Assembly: GCA_965213625.1 (NCBI GenBank) | Contig: CBDBZU010000004.1 | Location: 1,312,001 to 1,376,000 of the forward strand | Direction of reading: 5' to 3' | From: a bacterium | GTDB taxonomy: Bacteria > UBA8248 | DNA: 64,000 nucleotides | In this document: piece by piece, positions 11,344 through 21,644 of the stretch | Layout of the letters: the number at the start of each line of letters is the position of its first letter | How positions within the stretch are numbered: the stretch's first letter is position 1 | The notes under the pieces: generated by a model | Database searches by the model: none | What the model was told of the DNA's origin: nothing | Seen by the model: the letters and a program-made list of their open reading frames with translations, nothing else | Made by a program: the position numbers and the translations under genes

Positions 11344-11745
11344 ATGGATGCGATGGAGTTTCTAGGCGCTTTTTTCAGGGATTATCAGGCCATCAATCCC
11401 TACGTCCCCATTTTCCTGATCACGCTCATGGCGGCCGCTCTCGGCGCGAGCATTCTGATCATCGCGCTGGTCATCCGCCCGAACAACCCGGACCCCGAGA
11501 AAAATTCCCCGTATGAGTGCGGCATGCCCCCCCTGATGGAGGCGCACGAGCGCTTCTCCATCCGGTTCTACCTGCTGGGAATCCTGTTCCTGCTTTTCGA
11601 CGTGGAGGCCTTGTTCCTCTTCCCCTGGGCGGTGCGCTACGATGCGCTCGGGCTATTCGGGTTTATCGAGATGATGCTGTTCATCGGCATCCTTTTGGTG
11701 GGTTATTTCTACGCTTGGAGAAAAGGAGCCTTGGAGTGGGCTTAG
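11344..11745 (+). CDS. nuoA: NADH-quinone oxidoreductase subunit A (start approximate)
   Basis: [32 protein letters not shown]. Confidence 0.95.
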   Translation: MDAMEFLGAFFRDYQAINPYVPIFLITLMAAALGASILIIALVIRPNNPDPEKNSPYECGMPPLMEAHERFSIRFYLLGILFLLFDVEALFLFPWAVRYDALGLFGFIEMMLFIGILLVGYFYAWRKGALEWA

Positions 11746-12212
11746 TCGAGGGCAAGTTCAGCGACAACTTCGTCACGTCGAAGGTCGACAGCCTGGTCGC
11801 CTGGGCGAGGAAGAGCGCGCTTTGGCCGATGACCTTCGGCCTGGCGTGCTGCGCCATCGAGATGATGGCCTCGGGCGCCGCGCGCTACGATTTCGACCGT
11901 TTCGGGGTGATCTTCCGGGCCACGCCGCGCCAGTCCGACGTGATCATCGTGGCGGGCACCGTCACCCACAAGATGGGGGACGCGATTCGCAAGGTCTACG
12001 ACCAGATGCCCGAGCCGCGCTGGGTGATCGCGATGGGCAACTGCGCCACATGCGGCGGCCCGTATGCGAACTACGCGGTGATGCAGGGAGTGGATGAAAT
12101 CATCCCGGTGGACGTCTACGTTCCGGGTTGCCCGCCCAGGCCCGAATCCTTGATGTGGGGCGTCATGCAGCTTCAGAAAAAAATTGAACAGGAAAAATAC
12201 ATCCGCCGGTAA
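11736..12212 (+). CDS. nuoB: NADH-quinone oxidoreductase subunit B
   Basis: [35 protein letters not shown]; GTG start overlapping the end of nuoA. Confidence 0.96.
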   Translation: MGLVEGKFSDNFVTSKVDSLVAWARKSALWPMTFGLACCAIEMMASGAARYDFDRFGVIFRATPRQSDVIIVAGTVTHKMGDAIRKVYDQMPEPRWVIAMGNCATCGGPYANYAVMQGVDEIIPVDVYVPGCPPRPESLMWGVMQLQKKIEQEKYIRR

Positions 12213-12238
12213 TAACCTGCGGCGCACAAGGGAAGAAG

Positions 12239-12829
12239 ATGCCGGACGAAGTGGTGGAAGACAGCGAAGAGACGAACGGCGCGCCTGATTCCGATGAGGC
12301 CGCCGAGGCCGTGAAGACCCCTCCGGGCGAGGATTTGAAGGAGGTGGTGGAATCTGCGTTTCCGGGCGCGGTTCTGGAGCAGAGCGCCTACGAGGACGAT
12401 GAGGACGAGACGACGTTCGTCGTGGGGCTCGATTCCATCGTCGCCATGTGCACGCATCTGCGCGACCACGGCGATACGCTCTTCAAGCTCCTCACCGACT
12501 TGACGGCGGCGCACTACCCGGAGGCCGAGTATCCCTTCGAGATGCTGTATCAGCTCTATAGCATCGAGCATAACCGCAGGCTTCGCCTCAAGGTGCGGAT
12601 CAAGGAAGGCCAGGCGATGCCTACGGTTTCGGGCGTATGGAGCAGCGCGGACTGGATGGAGCGCGAGGTCTACGATTTATTCGGAATCGAATTCGAGGGT
12701 CATCCGGATCTCAGGCGGATACTTCTGCCCGACAATTGGGGCAGCCATCCGATGCGGAAAGACTATCCGCTCGAGGGTCGCGGAGAGCGGATTTACACCA
12801 AGCCGAAACGCAAGGAAATCGGCGATTAA
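12239..12829 (+). CDS. nuoC: NADH-quinone oxidoreductase subunit C
   Basis: WMEREVYDLFGIEFEGHPDLRRIL...HPMRKDYPL. Confidence 0.96.
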   Translation: MPDEVVEDSEETNGAPDSDEAAEAVKTPPGEDLKEVVESAFPGAVLEQSAYEDDEDETTFVVGLDSIVAMCTHLRDHGDTLFKLLTDLTAAHYPEAEYPFEMLYQLYSIEHNRRLRLKVRIKEGQAMPTVSGVWSSADWMEREVYDLFGIEFEGHPDLRRILLPDNWGSHPMRKDYPLEGRGERIYTKPKRKEIGD

Positions 12830-12858
12830 AGCGGTATCGCTTTTGAGGGAATGAGGGA

Positions 12859-13998
12859 ATGGTCGGCGTAGCGAACACGTCTCGTATCGAGCAGAGCACC
12901 CTGCACGGGACCGAAGAACTCGTCATCAACATGGGTCCGCAGCACCCGAGCACGCACGGGGTGCTCCGGGTGATCCTGAAGCTCGACGGCGAGACGGTGA
13001 ACGATCTCGACTGCGACATCGGCTACCTGCACCGCGGCACGGAGAAGATTGGCGAGAACATCACCTACACGATGTTCATCCCCTATACGGACAGGCTCGA
13101 CTACATCGCCGCCCCCTCGAACAATCTCGCTTGGGTGACGGCGGTGGAGAAATTCTTCGACTGGGAGATCCCCATGCGGGCGCAGTACATCCGCTCGATG
13201 GTGGGGGAGCTCTCCCGAATCGCCAGCCATCTGCTCTGGCTCGCCACGCACGCGCTCGACATCGGGGCGATGACGGTGTTCCTGTGGTGTTTCAGAGAGC
13301 GCGAGATGGTGCTCGACCTGTTTGAGACAGCTTTCGGCGGCCGCCTGACGGTGAACGCCTTCCGCCTGGGCGGTCTGCACGAGGACGTGCCGGACAAGTT
13401 CCTGCAGCTCACGCAGGAGTTCATCGACATCTTCCCGAGCCGGATCGACGACTACGAGACGCTGCTCACCAACAACCGCATCTGGCTGCAGAGGACGCGC
13501 GACGTGGGCATCATCTCCGCCGAGGACGCGATGGACTTAGGCCTCACGGGCCCGATCATCCGGGGAAGCGGCGTGCGCTGGGACTTGAGGCGCGCGAAGC
13601 CCTATGCGGCGTATCCCTATCTCGACTTCGTCGTGCCCGTGGGCGAGAACGGCGACATCTACGACCGTTATCTGGTGCGCATCGAGGAATTGCGTCAGAG
13701 CACCCATATCATCCAGCAGTGCCTGGCGCAGCTTCCCGGCGGGCCGGTGACCTGCAAGACGCCGCGCACCATCAAGCCCCCCGAGGGCGAGATATACCAC
13801 AGCATCGAAAACCCCAAGGGCGAGTTCGGCTTCTACATCGTGAGCGATGGGACGACGACGCCCTACCGGGTCCGCATCCGTCCGCCCTCGTTCATCAACC
13901 TCGGCGGTCTCAAGAAGCTGTGCGTCGGGCAGTTGGTCGCGGACGTGGTGGCCATCATCGGAAGCATCGACATCGTGTTGGGCGAGTGTGATCGGTAA
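12859..13998 (+). CDS. nuoD: NADH-quinone oxidoreductase subunit D
   Basis: NMGPQHPSTHGVLR, GYLHRGTEK, DRLDY, DIVLGECDR; no Ni-binding CxxC pairs. Confidence 0.96.
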   Translation: MVGVANTSRIEQSTLHGTEELVINMGPQHPSTHGVLRVILKLDGETVNDLDCDIGYLHRGTEKIGENITYTMFIPYTDRLDYIAAPSNNLAWVTAVEKFFDWEIPMRAQYIRSMVGELSRIASHLLWLATHALDIGAMTVFLWCFREREMVLDLFETAFGGRLTVNAFRLGGLHEDVPDKFLQLTQEFIDIFPSRIDDYETLLTNNRIWLQRTRDVGIISAEDAMDLGLTGPIIRGSGVRWDLRRAKPYAAYPYLDFVVPVGENGDIYDRYLVRIEELRQSTHIIQQCLAQLPGGPVTCKTPRTIKPPEGEIYHSIENPKGEFGFYIVSDGTTTPYRVRIRPPSFINLGGLKKLCVGQLVADVVAIIGSIDIVLGECDR

Positions 13999-14010
13999 GG
14001 AGTAGCTTCG

Positions 14011-14982
14011 TTGGAAATGGCGCTTGAAGTCGCGGTCGCCGCGATAAAGATATTCATCGTAGTAAACGTGGTGCAACTCGTGGTGGCGTATTTGATCTAC
14101 GTCGAGCGAAAGGTGATCGCCCACGTACAGATGCGCCTCGGGCCGATGCGCGTGGGCTGGCACGGCCTATTGCAGCCGATAGCGGATGGGCTGAAGCTGT
14201 TCCTCAAGGAAGACATCGTTCCCGACAAGGCGGACCGCGTCGTGTTCGTGCTGGCGCCCGTGATGGTGCTGGTGCCCGCTCTCGTCGTCTACGCGGTGCT
14301 GCCCTTCAGCGCGACGTTCTACATCACGCAAATCAACATCGGACTGTTCTTCGTTCTGGCGGTGAGTTCGCTCGGCGTGTTCGGCGTCGTGATGGCTGGC
14401 TGGGCCTCGAACAGCAAATACTCGCTTCTGGGCGCGCTCCGGAGCGCGGCGCAGATGCTGAGCTACGAGATTTTTCTGGGCTTCTCCGTCATCGGGCCGC
14501 TGATGCTGGCGGGCTCCTTGAACCTGCAGGAGATCGTGCACGCGCAGAGCGACGTGTGGTTCGTGTTCTATCAGCCGTTGGCCTTTATCGTCTTCTTCGT
14601 CGCCGCGCTGGCGGAGACGAACCGCGCGCCCTTCGACCTGCCCGAGGCGGAGACCGAGCTCGTGGCCGGCTTCCACACCGAATACAGCGGGATGAAGTTC
14701 GCGTTCTTCTTCCTGGCGGAATACGCCAGCATGATAGTCATATCCACGATAGGCATCGTGCTCTTTTTCGGCGGATGGGATGGGCCGGATTTCATTCCGC
14801 TCCCCGGCTTCGTCTGGTACGTCTTGAAGCTCTCCGCTTTCATGTTCGTGTTCATCTGGCTGCGGGCGACGCTGCCGCGCTACCGCTACGATCAACTCAT
14901 GCGCGTGGGCTGGAAATTCATGTTCCCGCTCGTGATGTTCAACATATTCCTCACCGGTTTTCTGAAGTACCTGTTCTTGTAA
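14011..14982 (+). CDS. nuoH: NADH-quinone oxidoreductase subunit H (copy 2)
   Basis: [37 protein letters not shown]. Confidence 0.96.
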   Translation: MEMALEVAVAAIKIFIVVNVVQLVVAYLIYVERKVIAHVQMRLGPMRVGWHGLLQPIADGLKLFLKEDIVPDKADRVVFVLAPVMVLVPALVVYAVLPFSATFYITQINIGLFFVLAVSSLGVFGVVMAGWASNSKYSLLGALRSAAQMLSYEIFLGFSVIGPLMLAGSLNLQEIVHAQSDVWFVFYQPLAFIVFFVAALAETNRAPFDLPEAETELVAGFHTEYSGMKFAFFFLAEYASMIVISTIGIVLFFGGWDGPDFIPLPGFVWYVLKLSAFMFVFIWLRATLPRYRYDQLMRVGWKFMFPLVMFNIFLTGFLKYLFL

Positions 14983-15001
14983 CTCGCGGGAGAGACGCAG
15001 G

Positions 15002-15511
15002 GTGGAACTTTATTTCTTTTATATGTTCTCAGGCGGGATGATCCTCACCTCCTTGCTGATGATCACGCGCGCGAACGTGATTCACGCGGCCCTGTTGCTG
15101 GTGCTGACGTTCTTCCAGCTGTCGGGCGTCTTCGTGCTGGCGGGGGCGGAGTTTCTCGCGGCGGTGCAGATTCTGCTCTACGCGGGCGGCATCATGGTGC
15201 TGTACCTGTTCTCGATCATGCTGATGAACGTGGAAGTGGCCGTGCGGATGCGGCAATGGCACCGCCAGGGCGTCGTGGTGTTCGTGGCGGCCGTCCTGCT
15301 GGGCCTGGAAATATGGGCCGTGCTGGGGGACGTGGAGTTCGCGGCGCCCAAGCAGTGGGAATGGTCGCTGGGCGCCACGCCGGGCAACGTCGAGGCCCTG
15401 GGCGCGGTCTTGTACACGAAATTCCTGTTCCCCTTCGAGGTGGCTTCCATCCTCCTGCTGGCCGCGATGATCGGCGCCATCGTTCTCGCGAAGCGCAGGA
15501 TAGAGCGATAA
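15002..15511 (+). CDS. nuoJ: NADH-quinone oxidoreductase subunit J (copy 2)
   Basis: [33 protein letters not shown]. Confidence 0.94.
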   Translation: MELYFFYMFSGGMILTSLLMITRANVIHAALLLVLTFFQLSGVFVLAGAEFLAAVQILLYAGGIMVLYLFSIMLMNVEVAVRMRQWHRQGVVVFVAAVLLGLEIWAVLGDVEFAAPKQWEWSLGATPGNVEALGAVLYTKFLFPFEVASILLLAAMIGAIVLAKRRIER

Positions 15512-15530
15512 AGGGGAGAGAGGACCCGCT

Positions 15531-15833
15531 ATGATATCGATGACCCATTTTCTCGTCCTGGGCGCCATATTGTTCCTCATCGGCGCGATGGGTGTGCTGA
15601 TGCGCCGCAACGCCATCATTATCCTGTTGTCCATCGAGTTGATGCTCAACGCCGTGAACGTGACCTTTGTGGGCTTCTCGCGCCATCTGGCGGATATGAC
15701 GGGCCAGGTGTTCGCCATCTTCGTCATTACCGTGGCGGCGTGCGAGGCGGCCGTGGGACTCGCGATTCTCATCGCGCTCAACCGCGACCGCACGATGGTC
15801 AACGTGGACGAAGTCAACCTTTTGAAGTGGTAG
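15531..15833 (+). CDS. nuoK: NADH-quinone oxidoreductase subunit K (copy 2)
   Basis: [29 protein letters not shown]. Confidence 0.96.
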   Translation: MISMTHFLVLGAILFLIGAMGVLMRRNAIIILLSIELMLNAVNVTFVGFSRHLADMTGQVFAIFVITVAACEAAVGLAILIALNRDRTMVNVDEVNLLKW

Positions 15834-15840
15834 GGGAATC

Positions 15841-17862
15841 ATGATCGAACTGGCTTGGCTCATTCCCGTTTTTCCGGTGATCGGGGTTCTGATCAACGGA
15901 TTGTTCGGAAGGCACGTGGGCGAGAAGGCGGGTCCCATCGCTTCCGTCATGGCGGGCCTGTCGCTTCTCGTGGTGCTGGGCATCGCCGGGCAGATGATCT
16001 TCGGCGCGGGCGGCAGCCACACCATACCGCTCTGGACGTGGGTGGAAGCTGGCAGCCTGAGCGTTTCCATGAGCTTCCTCATAGACCCGCTGAGCACCAT
16101 CATGCTGCTCGTGGTGTCGGGCGTGGGCTTTCTGGTTCACGTCTACTCCGTGGGCTACATGCACGGCGACCCGGGCTATCCGCGCTTTTTCACCTATCTC
16201 AACCTGTTCATGCTCTCGATGTTCCTGCTGGTGCTGGGGGACAATTATCTCGTCATGTTCGTGGGCTGGGAGGGCGTGGGCCTTTGCAGCTATCTGCTCA
16301 TCGGCTTCTGGTACGAGAAGCAATCCGCTTCCGACGCGGGCAAGAAGGCGTTCATCGTCAACCGCATCGGCGACGCGGGCTTCCTGCTCGGCATGTTCCT
16401 CATCTGGACGCTGACCGGCAGCCTCACCTACACGGAAGTGTTCAAGGCGGCGCCCGAGATGAGCGCGGCGGCGGCATCGGCCGTCGGCCTTCTGCTGTTC
16501 GTCGGGGCCATCGGCAAGAGCGCGCAGATTCCGCTCTACGTCTGGCTGCCCGACGCCATGGAAGGCCCGACCCCCGTCAGCGCCCTCATCCACGCCGCCA
16601 CCATGGTGACGGCTGGCGTCTACATGGTCGCGCGCACGAGCCCCATCTACGTCATGGGGCCGGACGCGATGAGCGTCATTGCCATCGTCGGCGCGCTCAC
16701 GGGCCTGTTTGCCGCGAGCATCGGCCTGGTGCAAAACGACATCAAGCGCGTGCTCGCCTACAGCACGGTGAGCCAGCTCGGCTTCATGTTCATGGCGCTG
16801 GGCGTGGGCGCCTTTACGGCCGCCATCTTCCACCTGATGACCCACGCCTTCTTCAAGGGCCTGCTCTTTCTGGGCAGCGGCAGCGTGATCCACGCACTGC
16901 ACCATGCGCCCGAGGAACAGCAGCAGGACATGCGCTACATGGGCGGCTTGAAGGACAAGATGCCCATCACGTACTGGACGTTCCTGATCGGCGCAATCGC
17001 CATCGCGGGCGTGCCGCCGCTGGCGGGCTTCTGGAGCAAGGACGAGATTCTGGCGAACGCCTTCTTCACGGGACACTACACGGTCTGGATCATGGGCACG
17101 GTTGCGGCCTTCATGACGGCCTTCTACATGTTCCGGCTCATCTTCATGACGTTTCACGGCGAGATGCGCGTCGATCATCACGCCCGCGAGCATATTCACG
17201 AATCGCCCGCCACGATGACGGTACCGCTCGTCATACTGGCGGTTCTGAGCGTGATCGGCGGCGTGATTCCCGGCTTCCCGCCCGAGGGCGGGTGGATACA
17301 CGGCTTCCTGGCGCCTTCGCTGGCGAAGATGCCGGCGGGTGGCCACGCCATGGACCAGGGCGTGCACCTGGTGAACGCGGCGGCCGGCGGCGGACACAGC
17401 GGGCCTGCGGTGGTGTTCCTGATCATCCTGGCCATCGCCGTCGCCGTGGGCGGCATCGCCCTGGCGTGGTACATGTACGTGAAGGACACGGAAGCGCCGA
17501 GGCGCTTGTACAGGAGCATGCCGGGCTTATATTACCTGCTGCTCGGCAAATACTATATCGACGAGATTTACCAGGCCTGCATCGTCGAGCCGACCTACAA
17601 GCTCATGCGCGGCCTGTGGGCCTTCGATGCGAAGGTGGTGGACGGCGCGGTGAACGGCAGTTCGCTCATCACTATGGTGTCGAGCCGCTTCTCGGGTATT
17701 TTCGATCTTCGGACGGTGGACGGGGCGGTGAACGGCACGGCGAGCTTCATCCGCTTCTTCTCCCAGGTATTCAAATACCTGCAATCCGGAATGGTTCAGA
17801 ATTATCTTTTCGTGATGCTGTTGGGCATCTTCGTGATGCTGAGCGCGTACCTTTTCCGCTGA
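15841..17862 (+). CDS. nuoL: NADH-quinone oxidoreductase subunit L (copy 2)
   Basis: GKSAQIPLYVWLPDAMEGPTP, THAFFKGLLFL; 673 aa. Confidence 0.96.
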   Translation: MIELAWLIPVFPVIGVLINGLFGRHVGEKAGPIASVMAGLSLLVVLGIAGQMIFGAGGSHTIPLWTWVEAGSLSVSMSFLIDPLSTIMLLVVSGVGFLVHVYSVGYMHGDPGYPRFFTYLNLFMLSMFLLVLGDNYLVMFVGWEGVGLCSYLLIGFWYEKQSASDAGKKAFIVNRIGDAGFLLGMFLIWTLTGSLTYTEVFKAAPEMSAAAASAVGLLLFVGAIGKSAQIPLYVWLPDAMEGPTPVSALIHAATMVTAGVYMVARTSPIYVMGPDAMSVIAIVGALTGLFAASIGLVQNDIKRVLAYSTVSQLGFMFMALGVGAFTAAIFHLMTHAFFKGLLFLGSGSVIHALHHAPEEQQQDMRYMGGLKDKMPITYWTFLIGAIAIAGVPPLAGFWSKDEILANAFFTGHYTVWIMGTVAAFMTAFYMFRLIFMTFHGEMRVDHHAREHIHESPATMTVPLVILAVLSVIGGVIPGFPPEGGWIHGFLAPSLAKMPAGGHAMDQGVHLVNAAAGGGHSGPAVVFLIILAIAVAVGGIALAWYMYVKDTEAPRRLYRSMPGLYYLLLGKYYIDEIYQACIVEPTYKLMRGLWAFDAKVVDGAVNGSSLITMVSSRFSGIFDLRTVDGAVNGTASFIRFFSQVFKYLQSGMVQNYLFVMLLGIFVMLSAYLFR

Positions 17863-17885
17863 TGCGATGAGGTTTTGGAGGAACT

Positions 17886-19433
17886 ATGAGTAACATGCCG
17901 CTTCTTACGATGATCACCTTCCTGCCCGCGTTGGGCGCGGTGATCATCATGCTCTTTATGAAGAAAGAGCAGACGAAAGCCATCAAGGGTTTCGCCACGG
18001 CGGTGGCGGTCTTGGATTTCCTGATCTCACTCCCCCTCTGGTTCAAATTCGACAAGGCCGAAGCCGGCTTTCAGTTCGTGGAGAAGGTGAGTTGGATACC
18101 GACCATCGGCGTGAGCTATTTCGTCGGCATCGACGGAATCAGCGTGCTGCTCGTCCTTCTCACCACGCTCACGATGATCATAGGGGTCGTGTGCTCGTTC
18201 ACCGCCATCGAGGAGCGCGAGAAAGAATACTACGTCTGCCTCCTGTTGCTGGCGACCGGCATGCTGGGCACCTTCATCGCGCTCGATATCTTCCTGTTCT
18301 ACGTGTTCTTCGAGATTACCCTGGTGCCGATGTATTTCCTCATCGGCGTGTGGGGCGGACCGAGAAAACTCTACGCGGCGATCAAGTTCTTCCTCTATAC
18401 GCTGTTTGGCAGCGTGTTGATGCTGTTGGGAATTCTGGCGCTCTATTTCGCCAACTTGAAGATGGGAACCGGGACCCTCACGTTCGACCTGGTCGAGTTG
18501 TACGGCGTGGGGCCGAAGATACCGCTTTCGCTCCAGATATGGATATTCTTGGCGTTCTTCATCGGTTTCGCCATCAAGGTACCCATGTTCCCCTTCCACA
18601 CCTGGCTGCCGGACGCGCACGTGGAAGCGCCCACGGCGGGCAGTGTGATTCTGGCGGGCATCCTCCTGAAAATGGGAACCTACGGGTTCGTGCGCTTCGC
18701 CCTGCCGCTGCTGCCCCAGGCGAGCCATGTTTTCGTGCCCTTCATGATGTTGCTCTCCATCATCGGCATCATCTACGGGGCGCTGGTGGCCATGGCGCAG
18801 ACCGACATCAAGAAACTGGTGGCCTATTCCTCCGTGAGCCACCTGGGCTTCGTGATGCTCGGCGTGTTCGCCTTAAACGAACAAGGCGTGCTCGGCGGAC
18901 AGCTCCAGATGATCAACCACGGAATCAGCACGGGCGCCTTGTTCCTTCTGGTCGGCGTCGTTTACGAGAGGCGCCACACGCGCCTCATTTCCGAATATGG
19001 CGGCCTCTCGAAGGTCGTGCCTGTCTTTACGGTGCTCTTCGCCATCACGATGCTGAGCAGCATCGGTCTGCCGGGGCTGAACGGGTTCGTGGGCGAGTTC
19101 CTCATCCTCATCGGCGCGTTCAAGAAGAGCTACGTGTACGCCGGGTTCGCCGTCATCGGCATCGTCCTGGGGGCGGCCTACATGCTCTGGCTCTTCCAGC
19201 GGGTATTCTTCGGCAATCTGGATAACCCCAAGAACAAGGAACTCACCGACTGCAACGCGCGCGAGGTTCTCTATCTTCTGCCGCTGGTCATCCTGATGTT
19301 CTGGATCGGCCTGTACCCCAAGCCGTTCCTCGGAAGGATGGAGGCGAGCGTGAAGAAGGTCGTGAAGATGGTGAACGTGGCGGAGGTCCCGCAAAAGGCC
19401 GCGCTCGGCAAACTGACGAAGCTCGAGAAATGA
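17886..19433 (+). CDS. nuoM: NADH-quinone oxidoreductase subunit M (copy 2)
   Basis: FAIKVPMFPFHTWLPDAHVEAPT. Confidence 0.96.
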   Translation: MSNMPLLTMITFLPALGAVIIMLFMKKEQTKAIKGFATAVAVLDFLISLPLWFKFDKAEAGFQFVEKVSWIPTIGVSYFVGIDGISVLLVLLTTLTMIIGVVCSFTAIEEREKEYYVCLLLLATGMLGTFIALDIFLFYVFFEITLVPMYFLIGVWGGPRKLYAAIKFFLYTLFGSVLMLLGILALYFANLKMGTGTLTFDLVELYGVGPKIPLSLQIWIFLAFFIGFAIKVPMFPFHTWLPDAHVEAPTAGSVILAGILLKMGTYGFVRFALPLLPQASHVFVPFMMLLSIIGIIYGALVAMAQTDIKKLVAYSSVSHLGFVMLGVFALNEQGVLGGQLQMINHGISTGALFLLVGVVYERRHTRLISEYGGLSKVVPVFTVLFAITMLSSIGLPGLNGFVGEFLILIGAFKKSYVYAGFAVIGIVLGAAYMLWLFQRVFFGNLDNPKNKELTDCNAREVLYLLPLVILMFWIGLYPKPFLGRMEASVKKVVKMVNVAEVPQKAALGKLTKLEK

Positions 19434-19470
19434 TGAACGAGATTTCGCTTGAATTGATGGAGTCTTTCTG

Positions 19471-20973
19471 ATGGAAGTGGTGATTCCTGACATCGCCTTG
19501 TCCCTGGCGCTTCCCGAGATAGGGCTGGCCATACTCGTATGCGCCGTTCTGATTCTCGACCTGTTCGTGTCGCTCGAGAACAAGTCGCGCGTGGGCGTGG
19601 TGGCGTTCGTGGGGGTCGTGATTCTCGCGCTCGTCGCCTTCGGGCAATGGGGTGAGGGCGCGAGGACGACGTTCAACGGCTTCTACGTGGTCGACAACCT
19701 GAGCGTGTTCGTGAAGGTGTGCGTGCTGCTTTGCGCGGCCATCTCCATTCTGCTGCTGCTTCAATACGCAAAAGTCGAGAAGATCAACTTCGGCGAACTG
19801 TACGCCATGCTGCTCTTCTCGGTGTTCGGCATGCTCGTGATGGCGTCGGGCAACGATTTGATTTCGATCTACCTGGGACTCGAAACCATGAGCATCAGCA
19901 TCTACGTGCTCGTGGCGTTCATGCGGCATGACCCCTTGAGCCGGGAGGCGGGCCTCAAGTATTTCCTCATGGGGGCTTTCGCCTCGGGCATTCTCCTGTA
20001 CGGCATGGCGCTGACGTACGGGTTCGCCGGGACGACCTCGATTCGCGGTATAGCGGAAGCGTTCGCAGGGTCGGGCGGCGCCGCCATCGCGCAGAACCCC
20101 GTGATGATTTTCGGCCTCATTCTCCTGGTGGCGGGATTCGGCTTCAAGCTGGCGATGGCGCCGTTCCACATGTGGCTGCCGGACGCCTACACGGGCGCGC
20201 CGACGCCGATTACGGGCTTCATGTCCGTGGCCGTCAAGTTCGCGACCGTTGCCGCCCTGATGCGGATATTCTTCGTGGCGTTACCGGCCATGGCCGACAG
20301 GTGGAACACCCTGTTGTGGGCGCTCACCGCGTTCACGCTGGTGTGGGGGAACGTGGCGGCCATCGCCCAGACGAGCCTGAAGCGCATGCTGGCGTACTCG
20401 AGCATCGGACACGCGGGCTACGTGCTGATGGGCGTGGTGGCCACCATGAGCGTGGTGGACGGGAAGGTGACGTTCACCGACATCGGCATCAGCGCGGTGG
20501 CGTTTTACCTGCTCGCTTACCTGTTCACGAACCTGGGCGCCTTCGGGATGCTGATTCTCGTGTGCCGGGACGGCTACCGGGGCGACAACATCGAGGACTG
20601 GAAGGGAATCGGGCAGGCGCATCCCTGGGCGGGGATGGCCTTCGTGGTGTTCCTCCTCTCGCTCGGCGGCATTCCGCCGACGGCCGGCTTCGTCGGCAAA
20701 CTCTACCTCTTCGCCGCGGCAGTGCAGAACGAATATTATTGGCTCGCCGTCATCGGGCTCGTGATGAGCGCGGTCTCGATGTACTACTACGGGCGCATCA
20801 TCATGGTGATGTTCATGGAGAACAGGGGAGAGACGCAGGCGGTGATGAGTTTCTCGAGCGCGCCCTCTCTTTTCTTCGCGCTGGTGGTGCTGGTGGTGGC
20901 GACGCTGCTGCTTGGCATCTTCCCGGGCAGCTTCCTAGACGCGGCGAAAGGCACCGTCGCCGGATTTATCTAG
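19471..20973 (+). CDS. nuoN: NADH-quinone oxidoreductase subunit N (copy 2)
   Basis: EAGLKYFLMG, FKLAMAPFHMWLPDAYTGAP, KRMLAYSSIGH. Confidence 0.96.
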   Translation: MEVVIPDIALSLALPEIGLAILVCAVLILDLFVSLENKSRVGVVAFVGVVILALVAFGQWGEGARTTFNGFYVVDNLSVFVKVCVLLCAAISILLLLQYAKVEKINFGELYAMLLFSVFGMLVMASGNDLISIYLGLETMSISIYVLVAFMRHDPLSREAGLKYFLMGAFASGILLYGMALTYGFAGTTSIRGIAEAFAGSGGAAIAQNPVMIFGLILLVAGFGFKLAMAPFHMWLPDAYTGAPTPITGFMSVAVKFATVAALMRIFFVALPAMADRWNTLLWALTAFTLVWGNVAAIAQTSLKRMLAYSSIGHAGYVLMGVVATMSVVDGKVTFTDIGISAVAFYLLAYLFTNLGAFGMLILVCRDGYRGDNIEDWKGIGQAHPWAGMAFVVFLLSLGGIPPTAGFVGKLYLFAAAVQNEYYWLAVIGLVMSAVSMYYYGRIIMVMFMENRGETQAVMSFSSAPSLFFALVVLVVATLLLGIFPGSFLDAAKGTVAGFI

Positions 20974-21081
20974 CAATCTCACGCGACATATAAAGCAGTA
21001 CGTTCTTCTCTCGTTCCTGAGCGGGGCGGGGGGTGGAAGCGCGTTTTTCTCCCGGCGGGTATCTTGCCGTCCGGCCCGAAT

Positions 21082-21308
21082 GCGGTTGTTGAAAGCCCCT
21101 CATCGGTCGGAGTCGATCAACGTCGTCATTCCGGCGAAAGCCGGAATCCATTCTCAAGCGGAATGACAATACGCCGGCTTTTCATCTCCCCGTCATTGGC
21201 GTGAACTAATCAGAAAATAAAAAAAAGGAAAAACAAATGGATTCCGGCCCAAGGCCGGAATGACGAGCCAAGCCGTACGACCTCTTCCGGGACTTTTTCA
21301 ACAACCCC
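21082..21308. mobile_element. MITE-like element with IS1182-like ends enclosing a REP-like doublet
   Basis: Ends GGTTGTTGAAA / TTTTTCAACAACCCC; inside are CGTCATTCCGGCGAAAGCCGGAATCCA and TGGATTCCGGCCCAAGGCCGGAATGACG; about 120 bp of the core recurs inverted at about 52155-52270. Confidence 0.6.
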
Positions 21309-21409
21309 GAAGAGCGAGTGTTTGCAGCTTTTCCAGTCGAGAAGGGCGTCCCTCTCCTATCTGAAAGGGATCTTTTTCAACAACCCAGTGAAGGAGCGTT
21401 TGCACCTCC

Positions 21410-21453
21410 CATCCTTCGATACGGCGCGCGAGCGCGCCTACTCAGGATGAGGG
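21410..21453. repeat. REP-like palindrome family (CCTTCGATACG...CTACTCAGGATGAG)
   Basis: Related copies at about 36190-36230, 36290-36330, 36448-36485, 36499-36545 and 49290-49320. Confidence 0.6.
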
Positions 21454-21508
21454 AGTGTGTTGTCGCGCGTCAAACCCTCATTCATCAGTCGTGTCGATTC
21501 CTCCTGCA

Positions 21509-21619
21509 TCAGTCGGAATTGACCCCGCATTTACCATGAGCGTGAAATCCTGGAATCCGGTATGGCGCGACCATGCCGCCGTCGAGCCAGACCTGGAATC
21601 GCTCCGAATCCTTGCTCAT
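21509..21619 (-). pseudogene. Truncated 5' remnant, possibly of a class IV (IlvE-like) aminotransferase
   Basis: GGAGGGAG RBS, then MSKDSERFQVWLDGGMVAP (resembles the IlvE N-terminal WxDG motif); stops after 36 aa at a repeat-rich junction. Confidence 0.35.
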
Positions 21620-21644
21620 GCTCCCTCCGTCTCTCTCGGCCCTG

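Noticed and set aside
11736-13998. Group 4 [NiFe]-hydrogenase as the identity of the second cluster
   Set aside because: The D subunit lacks both Ni-binding CxxC motifs and keeps the quinone-site HxxxHG and DRLDY; B has the tandem CC of NuoB.
7493-17870. Long alternative-frame or antisense ORFs (e.g. 7493-9712, 15814-17397, 15855-17870)
   Set aside because: Shadow ORFs expected from high-GC codon bias over clear nuo genes.
6191-20973. 2M-type complex I with an extra antiporter subunit
   Set aside because: Each cluster has a single L, M and N; the duplication is of the whole arm.
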